Positions 25,501 to 34,550 of a stretch of DNA of 55,046 nucleotides are shown piece after piece. The notes beneath the pieces are model-generated. The model saw only the letters and a list, made by a program, of their open reading frames with translations. It did not search any database and was not told the DNA's origin. Source of the stretch: a gamma proteobacterium HTCC2207 (GTDB taxonomy: Bacteria; Pseudomonadota; Gammaproteobacteria; Pseudomonadales; Porticoccaceae); the NCBI GenBank assembly GCA_905182245.1, contig CAJJAS010000089.1, positions 1 to 55,046 on the forward strand. The letters run 5' to 3'. The number at the start of each line of letters is the position of its first letter. The stretch's first letter is position 1. The position numbers and the translations under genes are program-made.

Positions 25501-27090
25501 CTAGTCGCGAACAACAGCCTTGAGTTGGCCTGCGGCTCTAATCCAATAATCGGCAGGTAAGCCGGCGCCTTTAGTAAACTCTGTCGCGCGATCTCGAGCG
25601 CTAAAGGGGCCAGAGAGTACAGCGTAGGCAATGCTATTACCCGTCGCTATCGGCACAATGGTCGCATTGCGTAAACCTGCATAGCCCCTGATGTAAAGTT
25701 TGGCCTGTTCGCGGGTGGTCAACACAATATGCTGTACAAAGAAGTCTGTTGCTTCGGCTCCCTGTATTGGCCCCAGTGATTTGGCTTTCTTAAGTGCTGT
25801 GGCCTCTTTGAGCGCCTGAGCTTCCCTTAGTGCTGTGGCACTTTTAATTGCAGCCGCTTTTTTATCCGCTATGGCCTTTTTATCGGCTATGGCTTTCTTT
25901 TCTGCGGTGGCCTTCTGGCGCGCCGCAGTTTGCTTAAGCGCGCTGGCTTTCTTTTCAGCCGCCTGTTCGGCAAGCTGTTCGGAACGTTTATCTTTTTTCA
26001 GCGCCGCCACCACGGCCTGAGCTTCGGCAATCTGACTGGCCGCTACCGGCTTATTGCTTCCTTTTTCATTTCTATTAATCGTCGGGCCGCCTGCATCAAG
26101 TGGCAAGACTAATGGCTCAGAAATCTGGGCGACGTTAGAGGTATCTGCCAGATCATTTAGTGCACCTGACACTGTGGACTGATACTGGTCCGTTGCATCG
26201 GGATTAAGTTTAGAGACCACCACCCAGGTAACCGCTAAGCTGATTATAAATATTCCTAACACCGGCCACAGATTTCGTCCTGCAAGACCTTTCTCAGTGT
26301 CATTTTCATCGTAACTTGGATCTAAATCGTCGATAAAGTCCACTGGGGTTTCCGAAAACGGATTACTATCACTGTAGTCTTCACCAAGATAATCATTTTC
26401 ATCAACTGGAGGCTGGGAAGACGGATTGTATTCGTCGGGATCTTCATCGGAGTAACCGCCGCGGACAGCTGCACCTAGTCCAGCATGGAGGAGCAGTATT
26501 TCTGTCTCACGTTCAAAGCCATGTTGTTTCGCGGCAACCATCAGCTCACCGGCTTCATCAAGAGTGGGGGTTTCCACCACCCATCGATAGAGGCGTCGAC
26601 CAAAAAGTCCCAGTGGCTTTTCATGGCTGGGCCAACCAGTTTTATCGAGAAACAAAATAAGGCGGACGTTGACGCCGGGGAAATCTGCTAATAGCCTTAC
26701 CAATAAAGACCACTGTTCTTCGTCAACAGATTTCGCGTCGTTTACTACCAGAAGTTTAACCGGCGTTGAATTGTCCGGCGCCTGGCGAGCGCGCTCTAGA
26801 CTCATGCTGGCAAGCATTTCATTGAAGCGCTTGAGTAAACTGTCTGTGTTAGTGGGTAAAAAAACTTCTACCTGAAAAACATTAAGGTCCCGAAGGCGTG
26901 CAACCAGCATACGGCAGTAATGATCGAGAACGGTTTCGTTGGTACCAATGACGGCGAGACCGAGTTCATCGTCAACAATGGCATCAAGGGCGTGCTGAAA
27001 ACGCTGTTTATCAACACTGCGATAGAAAATATCGCCGCCATCAAACCAGTTCTGAAATTCAAACGTGGGTTCTTTTTTATTATCTGCCAT
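25501..27090 (-). CDS. DamX-like membrane protein: degenerate P-loop-like N-terminal domain, acidic linker, TM, Ala/Lys-rich stalk, C-terminal SPOR-like domain
   Basis: LLVVNDAKSV (Walker B-like) without a GKT; TM LWPVLGIFIISLAVTWVVV; C-terminal FFVQH...YAVLSGPFSARDRA...LPADYWIR resembles SPOR; starts 12 bp after flhB. Confidence 0.7.
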   Translation of the reverse strand: MADNKKEPTFEFQNWFDGGDIFYRSVDKQRFQHALDAIVDDELGLAVIGTNETVLDHYCRMLVARLRDLNVFQVEVFLPTNTDSLLKRFNEMLASMSLERARQAPDNSTPVKLLVVNDAKSVDEEQWSLLVRLLADFPGVNVRLILFLDKTGWPSHEKPLGLFGRRLYRWVVETPTLDEAGELMVAAKQHGFERETEILLLHAGLGAAVRGGYSDEDPDEYNPSSQPPVDENDYLGEDYSDSNPFSETPVDFIDDLDPSYDENDTEKGLAGRNLWPVLGIFIISLAVTWVVVSKLNPDATDQYQSTVSGALNDLADTSNVAQISEPLVLPLDAGGPTINRNEKGSNKPVAASQIAEAQAVVAALKKDKRSEQLAEQAAEKKASALKQTAARQKATAEKKAIADKKAIADKKAAAIKSATALREAQALKEATALKKAKSLGPIQGAEATDFFVQHIVLTTREQAKLYIRGYAGLRNATIVPIATGNSIAYAVLSGPFSARDRATEFTKGAGLPADYWIRAAGQLKAVVRD

Positions 27091-27102
27091 TCTCTCTTAT
27101 CC

Positions 27103-28263
27103 TTAGATGTCTTTGGAATCGTCGTCCAAAGCACCCTCTGTGTTATAACGCATCCCCGCGGGAACCTCGGGTCGCGGCTTCTCTGCTACTGTTGATCCTG
27201 GCCCCAAACTATTTAGGCTAAATACATAGGCAATAACCTGGGCTACCGCATAGTATAAAGACTCGGGGACACTCTGGTTTATATCGGTTGTAAAATACAG
27301 GGCTCTGGCCAGTGTGGGAGACGAAAATAGGGGGACCCCATGTTCCGCCGCTCTCTCACGTATACCCTGAGCCATAAAGTCGGCGCCCTTAGCGACCACC
27401 ACCGGCGCGCCGTTGCTCGAGGGATCATAACTTAAGGCAACAGCAAAGTGCTCCGGGTTAACAATAATCACATCGGCGTCAGCCACGGATTCCATCATCG
27501 CGCCCATAGCCATTTCACGCTGTTTACGCCTGATCTGCGCCTTAACTTCAGGTCGACCCTCGGTATCTTTAAATTCGTCTTTGACTTCTTGCTTGGTCAT
27601 CTTCATTTTTTGGTTTATTTCATAAATTTGGTACGGTACATCAATACCCGCAGCCACGATTAGGGTCAATGTCACCAGTACCGTACCGCCGGCAATCAGA
27701 TTTCCCGCCTCGGCCATCGCCGGACCCAAACTCATAAAGCCCAGAGAGACCAGGGTATCAAAACTTTCACTCACCACCAGGTAGAGGGTAATCCCCACTA
27801 GGCTAAACTTAGCCAGCGCCTTACTGAGGTCGATCAGTGCCTTGGTGCCAAACATTCGCTTAAGCCCAGCCATTGGGTTAATTTTGCTGGCCTTTGGAGC
27901 AATAGATTTAAGGGAGAAAATATATCCCCCCAGCATTCCCGCGGCCCCGATAGCAATGAGAACAGCCAGAACAAAAATCGGTACGACCACCATGATGCTG
28001 TCCATTGCATGGGAGCCGAAGGTCGTTGGTAACAAATTGTCGGAAAATACATCTTTTCGGTCAAAGGTAAAGCCTGCCTCAAATACCTCGCTGAGCTGTA
28101 AGATCATGTACCCGCCAAACAGATACAGAAAACAGGCAACGCCGATCATCATGGCTGCGACCGATAGCTCCTGTGATCGGGCAACCTGGCCGTCTTCCTT
28201 CGCTTTTTCAAGCTTTTTGGCGGTGGGTTCTTCGGTTTTTTCTTCGCTTGAATCGTCTGACAT
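27103..28263 (-). CDS. flhB: Flagellar export protein
   Basis: EKTEEPTAKKLEKAKEDGQVARSQEL, MKMTKQEVKDEFKDTEGRPEVK, autocleavage site NPEH. Confidence 0.98.
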   Translation of the reverse strand: MSDDSSEEKTEEPTAKKLEKAKEDGQVARSQELSVAAMMIGVACFLYLFGGYMILQLSEVFEAGFTFDRKDVFSDNLLPTTFGSHAMDSIMVVVPIFVLAVLIAIGAAGMLGGYIFSLKSIAPKASKINPMAGLKRMFGTKALIDLSKALAKFSLVGITLYLVVSESFDTLVSLGFMSLGPAMAEAGNLIAGGTVLVTLTLIVAAGIDVPYQIYEINQKMKMTKQEVKDEFKDTEGRPEVKAQIRRKQREMAMGAMMESVADADVIIVNPEHFAVALSYDPSSNGAPVVVAKGADFMAQGIRERAAEHGVPLFSSPTLARALYFTTDINQSVPESLYYAVAQVIAYVFSLNSLGPGSTVAEKPRPEVPAGMRYNTEGALDDDSKDI

Positions 28264-29033
28264 CAGCTAAGGCCCAATGCTTGACTCAAGGTGCCAAACG
28301 CCTGGCGCCACAGCCATTGAATACGGAACCCTATACTGGTCATCGACATGGACAGCAGGATAATACCCGCCAAAATCATAGCCGGAAAACCTACGGCGAA
28401 AATATTTAAGGCCGGCGCTGCTCGGGTAATAACACCCAAGCCGATATTGATAAATAACAGCGAGACCATAATCGGCAAGGCCATCAATACTGCCCCCAAA
28501 AAGATCATTGTGCTCCACTCAATTACCAATGAGATTAGCGGCTGTAGGTTTACCACCTCACCGATGGGCAATAGGTAAAAACTCTCGAGTAACATGGTGA
28601 TAACCAACACATGGCCACCTAGTCCGAGAAAAATTAGGGTGGAACAAATAATAAGAAACTGGGAAATCACGGGCACGTTGCCCATATTGGGGTCCATCAT
28701 ATTGGCCATACCAAGACCCATGGAGGCGGAAATAGCCTGGCCGCCCACGACTAAAGATGCATTGACCACTTGAAGAATCATGCCCATCAGCACGCCAATA
28801 AAGACCTGGCTAAAAGCCTCCCGCAAACCTGAAGCAGAAATTGGATCGACTGCGGGCCAATCCGTTAGGGGGTAGATCATCCAGGTTAATACAGTGGCCA
28901 GCAATACACGGATTCTGACAGACACCGCGCGAATCGAGAAAAAAGGGGAAGACAACAGAAACGCAGAGATGCGAATCATCGGCCACAGCAACATATAGAA
29001 GCGCTGGACAATGTCGGCAACCAAAAGCTCCAT
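28263..29033 (-). CDS. fliR: Flagellar export gate protein
   Basis: WPMIRISAFL, GQAISASMGLG, GVITRAAPALNIFAVGFP. Confidence 0.97.
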   Translation of the reverse strand: MELLVADIVQRFYMLLWPMIRISAFLLSSPFFSIRAVSVRIRVLLATVLTWMIYPLTDWPAVDPISASGLREAFSQVFIGVLMGMILQVVNASLVVGGQAISASMGLGMANMMDPNMGNVPVISQFLIICSTLIFLGLGGHVLVITMLLESFYLLPIGEVVNLQPLISLVIEWSTMIFLGAVLMALPIMVSLLFINIGLGVITRAAPALNIFAVGFPAMILAGIILLSMSMTSIGFRIQWLWRQAFGTLSQALGLS

Positions 29034-29302
29034 TACATAAACAACTCAGGTATGCGTTCAAAAATGCGGCGAATGAAATCCACCATCACGGCAATCTGCC
29101 AGCTACCAAAAATCACTAGGGCCAGTATCATGGCGCCCAGTTTAGGAATAAAACTCAGGGTCATTTCTTGGATGCTGGTTGCGGCCTGCAAAATACCAAC
29201 AGCCAAACCAACGATAAGGGCAACGCCCAATAGCGGTGCCGCCACTAGTACCGCGATCCAAAGAGATTCGCGGCCTAAATCAATTACCTGTGCTGGATCC
29301 AT
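29033..29302 (-). CDS. fliQ: Flagellar export gate protein
   Basis: GILQAATSIQEMTLSFIPKL; 89 aa. Confidence 0.98.
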   Translation of the reverse strand: MDPAQVIDLGRESLWIAVLVAAPLLGVALIVGLAVGILQAATSIQEMTLSFIPKLGAMILALVIFGSWQIAVMVDFIRRIFERIPELFM

Positions 29303-29311
29303 TTCTCTCTC

Positions 29312-30085
29312 CTAGGACATCGCAAAGCTTGCTGCTAGCGATCCCATAATTAGTGTCCAACCATCAACCAACACAAACAGCATTAGTTTGAATGGCATGG
29401 AAATCATCATCGGTGAAAGCATCATCATACCCATGGACATCAGGACACTGGCCACCACCAGATCAATTACTACAAAAGGAATATAAATTAGAAAGCCGAT
29501 AGAAAATGCACTTTTTAATTCTGAGGTGATAAAGGCCGGAACGAGGGTTGTAAAAGGCACATCTTCTGGGCCTTCAAAACTGTCGTTGCGAGCAATTTCT
29601 GCGAACATAGCAATATCGGTTTCGCGAGTTTGGTTAAGCATGAAGTTGCGTATCGGCAACTCGCCTTTTGCCAGTGCGGTTTCAAAGCTAATGGTCTCAT
29701 CGAAATACGGCGTTATCGCATCGTCGTAAACGTCGCTAAAAACCGGCGCCATTATAAATAGGGTTAAAAATAGCGCGAGGCCCACCAGTACCTGATTAGG
29801 TGGTGTCTGAGCTGTACCCAGCGCCTGACGCAATAGAGACAAAACAATAATTATTCGAACAAAGGAGGTCATCATTAACAGCAGCGATGGCAGTAGAGTC
29901 AGCACGGTCATCAGTGCAATAAGCTGCAAGGTCAGGCTGTATTTTTCTCCGCCGCTACCGTCCTCAACCATACTCACAATGGGCAGACCCACCTGGGCAA
30001 AAGCCGGGCTGGAAAAAACTATGGCGAGTAGAACCAAGATAATGGTTTTCGCTGCTGTACGCTTTTTAAATAATGACAGAGCCAC
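29312..30085 (-). CDS. fliP: Flagellar export gate protein
   Basis: MMTSFVRIIIVLSLLRQALGTAQTPPNQVL, PAFITSELK, PFKLMLFVLVDGW. Confidence 0.98.
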   Translation of the reverse strand: MALSLFKKRTAAKTIILVLLAIVFSSPAFAQVGLPIVSMVEDGSGGEKYSLTLQLIALMTVLTLLPSLLLMMTSFVRIIIVLSLLRQALGTAQTPPNQVLVGLALFLTLFIMAPVFSDVYDDAITPYFDETISFETALAKGELPIRNFMLNQTRETDIAMFAEIARNDSFEGPEDVPFTTLVPAFITSELKSAFSIGFLIYIPFVVIDLVVASVLMSMGMMMLSPMMISMPFKLMLFVLVDGWTLIMGSLAASFAMS

Positions 30086-30088
30086 GAT

Positions 30089-30475
30089 CTAGTCCTTTTG
30101 TTTTTTGACAGTTTGGGCGAGAAGCTGTTTGAAGTTACCGAGGGAGCTGTTGGTTTTATTATTCTCGCTGACATCGGAGCTCTGGTCTTTACCCTCATGC
30201 TCGGTCTGCTGATCAACGGACCAGCTCCCAAGGTTAGTCATACCTTGGGGAGAGATGCCGATAAGTACCTGATCGGCGTTAACGCTGACCAGTAAAAGTT
30301 TTTGACGTGCGCCGAGGTTTTGCACTTCCAAAATCTGCAATCGCTTGTTACTGGCGTTGCTAATACTGGGTCCCATTTTTTTTATTAAAAATAGAGTCGC
30401 CACTAACAGGCCAATCACCAACAGGAATGAACCCATCATTGATAGCCAGTCCATTAATCCAAATTCAGCCAACAT
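30089..30475 (-). CDS. fliO: Flagellar biogenesis protein
   Basis: TM followed by LQILEVQNLGARQKLLLVSV...LIGISP; lies between fliN and fliP. Confidence 0.92.
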   Translation of the reverse strand: MLAEFGLMDWLSMMGSFLLVIGLLVATLFLIKKMGPSISNASNKRLQILEVQNLGARQKLLLVSVNADQVLIGISPQGMTNLGSWSVDQQTEHEGKDQSSDVSENNKTNSSLGNFKQLLAQTVKKQKD

Positions 30476-30486
30476 GACAGATCGTC

Positions 30487-30819
30487 CTAGAGGTTCTTTA
30501 CACGATCGGCGGTAGGGATAACACTGGTAAGCCGCACACCATAACGCTCATTAACCAGTACCACTTCACCCTGAGCAACCAATGTGTTGTTAACCAACAG
30601 GTCCAAGGGCTCGCCGGCTAACCGGTCCAACTCGACAACACTGCCCTGAGTAAGACGCATTAGATCGCGAATTTTCAGCGACGTGCGGCCTACTTCTACA
30701 GAGATAGTCACAGGAATATTCTGCAACACATCTGAATTAATTTTATTTTTTAACGCTGCTTCTGGAGAAACGGGCTGTTCTACGGTTTCTTCTACTGCGC
30801 TAGTTTCTATATCTGCCAT
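30487..30819 (-). CDS. fliN: C-ring switch protein
   Basis: IPVTISVEVGRT...LTQGSVVELDRLAGEPLDLLVNNTLVAQGEVVLVNERYGVRL. Confidence 0.98.
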   Translation of the reverse strand: MADIETSAVEETVEQPVSPEAALKNKINSDVLQNIPVTISVEVGRTSLKIRDLMRLTQGSVVELDRLAGEPLDLLVNNTLVAQGEVVLVNERYGVRLTSVIPTADRVKNL

Positions 30820-30843
30820 TATTTCTACTCGCTATTTTTAGGG

Positions 30844-31836
30844 CTACGTTTTGGGTGCCAAGGATCTGACAATCTGGGCGGCCATATGAGAATTACTACT
30901 GCCAATATCGGCATCAAAAACCGGAACATCGTTTACATAGATTCGCGCATGATCGGTTTTTTTCAAATAAATAATATCGTCTTCCTGCAATGCTTCGAAT
31001 TGCTTTAGGGTAGTTTCGATGTCAGCCAGGGTAACTTTTATATCCAGCTTTGCATCGATTGCCGCAGACTTTAATTCTGAACTCCAAATTATGTCTGAGG
31101 CATCATTGTCATCACCTGTTTGCACACGACTGCGCAACAATTCACGAATCGGTTTTAATGAGTTGTAGGGGTAGACCACATCTATATTGCCCTTCACACC
31201 ATTACCCAGTTCAGAGGCAAAGCGACTCACGACGACTAAGTCATTTTCGTCGGCTATCTGGGCAAACTGTGGATTAATTTCTGAGCCCACATGTTCGCAC
31301 TTAATCGGCAAAATTGGCGCCCAAGCGTCCTGCAAAGACCCAAACAGTACATTCATCATAATTTTGATAATGCTGTTTTCTGTGGGTGTAAATAGTCGGC
31401 CTGGTGGCAGGCTATCAATAGCTCCGCCCAAACCACCAAAGAAATTATCGAGCGAGGAAAAAATAATAGATGGCTCAATAACCACCATTGAGTATCCCCG
31501 CAACGGATTTAGGCGGATCGTGTTGACTGCCAATGGCGGCTTGAGGTCTCTAAGGTAATCACTGTACTTCATGATTTCCACATTCGCCATATTAACTTTT
31601 GGCGTAGTCCTTAAAACATCAAGAAGACCCAGTCTAAACTGACGTACGAAACGCTCGTTGATCATATCCACGGAGCTAACATTTACACCTAACGAAGAGT
31701 CTTCATTGGTCAAATCATGTTTTAAAACCCGCGCTTCGACATTCAGTCCGGTATCTGTTTCTATCGAACCATCTTGGACACCGGCAGCTAATGCATCTAG
31801 CTCTTCGGGGGATAATAAATTTGTTGTTTCTACCAT
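30844..31836 (-). CDS. fliM: C-ring switch protein
   Basis: LLSPEELDAL, INERFVR, DNFFGGLG, FTPTE, SEINPQFAQI. Probable ATG at 31836; ORF open from TTG 31848. Confidence 0.96.
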   Translation of the reverse strand: MVETTNLLSPEELDALAAGVQDGSIETDTGLNVEARVLKHDLTNEDSSLGVNVSSVDMINERFVRQFRLGLLDVLRTTPKVNMANVEIMKYSDYLRDLKPPLAVNTIRLNPLRGYSMVVIEPSIIFSSLDNFFGGLGGAIDSLPPGRLFTPTENSIIKIMMNVLFGSLQDAWAPILPIKCEHVGSEINPQFAQIADENDLVVVSRFASELGNGVKGNIDVVYPYNSLKPIRELLRSRVQTGDDNDASDIIWSSELKSAAIDAKLDIKVTLADIETTLKQFEALQEDDIIYLKKTDHARIYVNDVPVFDADIGSSNSHMAAQIVRSLAPKT

Positions 31837-31885
31837 TGTTCTACTCAATTAATCAATTAATAGAGGGCCTACTTAATAGGCCCGT

Positions 31886-32470
31886 CTACTGAACCACAAA
31901 TTCGGTAAGGTACACGGCTTCAATGCCACCAAAATCTTCTAGCTCTTCAAGTTTTGCGTTCATTACAATCTTTAATTCTTCAGAAAGATTTTTACGGAAG
32001 TCAGGGCTAGTTATGCTTGCATCGGTTTGCTGTGACATAACCGTTAACATCGCATTGCGAAGCGGAAAGGTATGCTTCTCAACATTATCGACTACGCGAT
32101 CATCATAATGGGTCATGATAGCAATAGAGGCCTGCATCACTTTTCGCGAGTTGGCGATATTGACCACTAACTCTTTTTCGAGCTGGTAGTAAGACTGCTG
32201 AAATTTTAACAACTCGGGACTGTCGAGTTGAACTTTGCTGGGTCCAGCTGCGGCTGCCGCTGCCGCTGCCGCCTCTTCATCTGCTGCGGCTTCTAGGGCT
32301 GCAATCGCAGCCTCTGGATCCTGCGCTGTGTCCGGGGCAAAGAAGCCTGAGGCAAATAATGTGCCGCCTACGGTAATCGCAACCAGTAACAAAACACCCA
32401 CAACGATTAGAATAATCTTCAATACAGGGCTCTTTGCTTGTGCTTCGTCATCTAAAATTTCGTCAGGCAT
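31886..32470 (-). CDS. fliL: Flagellar basal body-associated protein
   Basis: N-terminal TM, LVVNI, C-terminal IEAVYLTEFVVQ; upstream of fliM. Confidence 0.92.
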   Translation of the reverse strand: MPDEILDDEAQAKSPVLKIILIVVGVLLLVAITVGGTLFASGFFAPDTAQDPEAAIAALEAAADEEAAAAAAAAAGPSKVQLDSPELLKFQQSYYQLEKELVVNIANSRKVMQASIAIMTHYDDRVVDNVEKHTFPLRNAMLTVMSQQTDASITSPDFRKNLSEELKIVMNAKLEELEDFGGIEAVYLTEFVVQ

Positions 32471-32515
32471 TGCTTAATCCTCTATCTCTTTAATTTGTTA
32501 AGTCTGGGTCCGCTA

Positions 32516-33937
32516 TTAAACCAGCAGATCCAAACCATATTGATCCAGTCTTGAAGTCTGTGCATTGAGCTGTGACTCTTCGCTATCAGACGTTGTTTCG
32601 ACTTCATTAGGGCTATTTTGACCTGTCGGTTTTCCGTCAGATTGGCTCTGATTTTCTAGCCCTAAACCTATATAAGCAGATTCCATGCCATGTTCTTCAA
32701 ACGCGGCTCTTAATCTTGGCATACTCTCTTGTATGAGTTCTCTTGTGGCCGCATTTGCGGCGGTAAAATTGGCTTCTAGTTCGCCGTTTTTCATTTCTAA
32801 TTGTATCTCAATTCGACCTAGAGATTTTGGATGTAGATCCATCTCAACACGCCAGGCACCGCGACTAATCTGCGCCGTCAAACGCTGACCGAGCGCCTCG
32901 GCTAATCGGCGAGACATATCTGCCTGTTCCTCTTGCCTGCGCAGGGTTTGCTGCTCAAACTTCTCTGGCAGGGTATCTGCCGCTGAGTACTCAGATCTAT
33001 CGTCGAAAGTTGGCGGTGAAGTGATATAGCCTGACTCACAGATCACGGCCGGGGCTGCGACGGACGCCAATGTAACAGGAACCGTAGCTGCGGTTACCGG
33101 GACTGTTGCTGGTAGAGCAATCTTACCGTCATTAGAGTGTAAGTGGGTAGATTTTAATGGATCTTTTAGGCCATCTTTTACGGCTAAATTAATATTTTCT
33201 AATTTAATGACTGGCCGCTGCTGTGGATTGGTATTTACGGCACTAAAGACTTCAGTCATTGCTTTAGTGGCAGGCAGGTTGAATGTCATTTTTTCGACGA
33301 CATCTTGGACTGGTTTGTCCAGTGGCGTGAAGTTGCTGGGGGCCTGTAAATAGGCTTCAATGGTTTGTCTTCCTGGCGATGAACCTCCGGGGGCACCAGC
33401 AACTAGCTGACTAATCGCACTATCTGTCAACCAGGCGGCGACAGGTTCGGGTTCGGGTTGGGAGTCGAGCTCTGGCTTTGTCTGCGCTAACGCTATTTTC
33501 GGGGCTGCGCTATCAGCTAGGGGAGAATCATCATTGCTGTCCGCCATCAATGATGCCAATGCCTTGGGATCTATGCCCTGAGATCTCGCAAAATCATCAA
33601 TCCTGGCATCCGATGGGGTTGCTCCGCCAACAATCACTTTTAGGCCGCTCTGCAATAAACGACTGTCTAATAGAAGGTTGGCTGCGTCGGTGTTTTTGCC
33701 CTGATCGGTTGTCTTTTTGGGTTGTGTCTCCTCCGGCAAAGTATTGCCGCTTTTTGCCACCATATTGTCGGCCAACTTGGATTTTAGAATACCGGCAAAG
33801 GCTAGAACGTCTTTGCTTGGCTGGCCGTCGGCTGCTGGCACTGACAGGCCGGAAGGCACCGTAGAAGCTGTGGCTACGGCTGGTTTATTGCTCAGAATTA
33901 CGCTGTTAAGTTGGCCCATTGGCAATGTATGTCCCAT
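32516..33937 (-). CDS. fliK: Hook-length control protein
   Basis: Low-complexity N-terminus; C-terminal VEMDLHPKSLGRIEIQL...ATRELIQESMPRLRAAF...GLDLLV; lies between fliJ and fliL. Confidence 0.9.
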   Translation of the reverse strand: MGHTLPMGQLNSVILSNKPAVATASTVPSGLSVPAADGQPSKDVLAFAGILKSKLADNMVAKSGNTLPEETQPKKTTDQGKNTDAANLLLDSRLLQSGLKVIVGGATPSDARIDDFARSQGIDPKALASLMADSNDDSPLADSAAPKIALAQTKPELDSQPEPEPVAAWLTDSAISQLVAGAPGGSSPGRQTIEAYLQAPSNFTPLDKPVQDVVEKMTFNLPATKAMTEVFSAVNTNPQQRPVIKLENINLAVKDGLKDPLKSTHLHSNDGKIALPATVPVTAATVPVTLASVAAPAVICESGYITSPPTFDDRSEYSAADTLPEKFEQQTLRRQEEQADMSRRLAEALGQRLTAQISRGAWRVEMDLHPKSLGRIEIQLEMKNGELEANFTAANAATRELIQESMPRLRAAFEEHGMESAYIGLGLENQSQSDGKPTGQNSPNEVETTSDSEESQLNAQTSRLDQYGLDLLV

Positions 33938-33985
33938 TAGTTAGCTAATACGTTAGGTCTTTGTTGGACCTGTTATTAGTGTTAT

Positions 33986-34001
33986 TGCAAGACACATGCC
34001 A
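33986..34001 (-). promoter_or_regulatory. Sigma54 promoter for the fliK-flhB operon
   Basis: Minus strand TGGCAT-GTGTC-TTGCA, about 50 bp before fliK. Confidence 0.85.
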
Positions 34002-34068
34002 AGAGGGTTTAAACGCCTGGTGATTTAAGGCTGAGGCGATTTGGGCTTATCGCTGTAGGCTTTTCAAC

Positions 34069-34524
34069 TTATCGCTGTAGCCTTGCTCGGAGATTGAATT
34101 GAATCATGCTCTGGGTTTCGGCTTCGCGACTATCTCGTTGTTCAAGCTCTTGCTGGCGCTGTTCTTTGGCGCGTTTAACCAGATGCTCGACCTTTAAACG
34201 CTCCTGATCTGCCAGTAGCATTTCTCGTCGCGCCTCTGTGAAGGCCATTTCTATGTTCTGGAACTCGACGGTGGAACGACTCTTAATAGTCTGCAGCTGA
34301 ACAATAAATTTGCGGTAGTTGCCCGCTTCGTCGGTGCTGTGGGCGCGCTGCTGAATACTGGTAAGTCGATCGCTGTACTCGACTAGTAGCTCATCGAGTT
34401 TTTTCTCGCGCTCAATCGCCTGCTCTCGGCGAAGCTGGACCTCAGCCAGTTTCTGCTGGGCCTCTCGCACTGCTCGCTGGGCCTTGGAGGCCAAGACTTC
34501 CCATACTGGTGTTCCGTTCATCAA
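34069..34524 (-). CDS. fliJ: Flagellar export protein
   Basis: ~150 aa coiled coil after fliI; LLVEY...NYRKFIVQL pattern. Confidence 0.85.
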   Translation of the reverse strand: MMNGTPVWEVLASKAQRAVREAQQKLAEVQLRREQAIEREKKLDELLVEYSDRLTSIQQRAHSTDEAGNYRKFIVQLQTIKSRSTVEFQNIEMAFTEARREMLLADQERLKVEHLVKRAKEQRQQELEQRDSREAETQSMIQFNLRARLQR

Positions 34525-34550
34525 TAGTATCCTTTAACTATTTGAATTCT

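Noticed and set aside
27448-27459. FlhB cleavage site NPEH instead of NPTH
   Set aside because: The Asn-Pro is intact and NPEH is a variant I recall from Vibrio-type FlhB, so it does not indicate lost function.
31865-31883. Hairpin GGGCCTA-cttaa-TAGGCCC between fliL and fliM as a terminator
   Set aside because: It has a 7-bp stem but no U-tract and lies inside an operon; at most an mRNA stability element.
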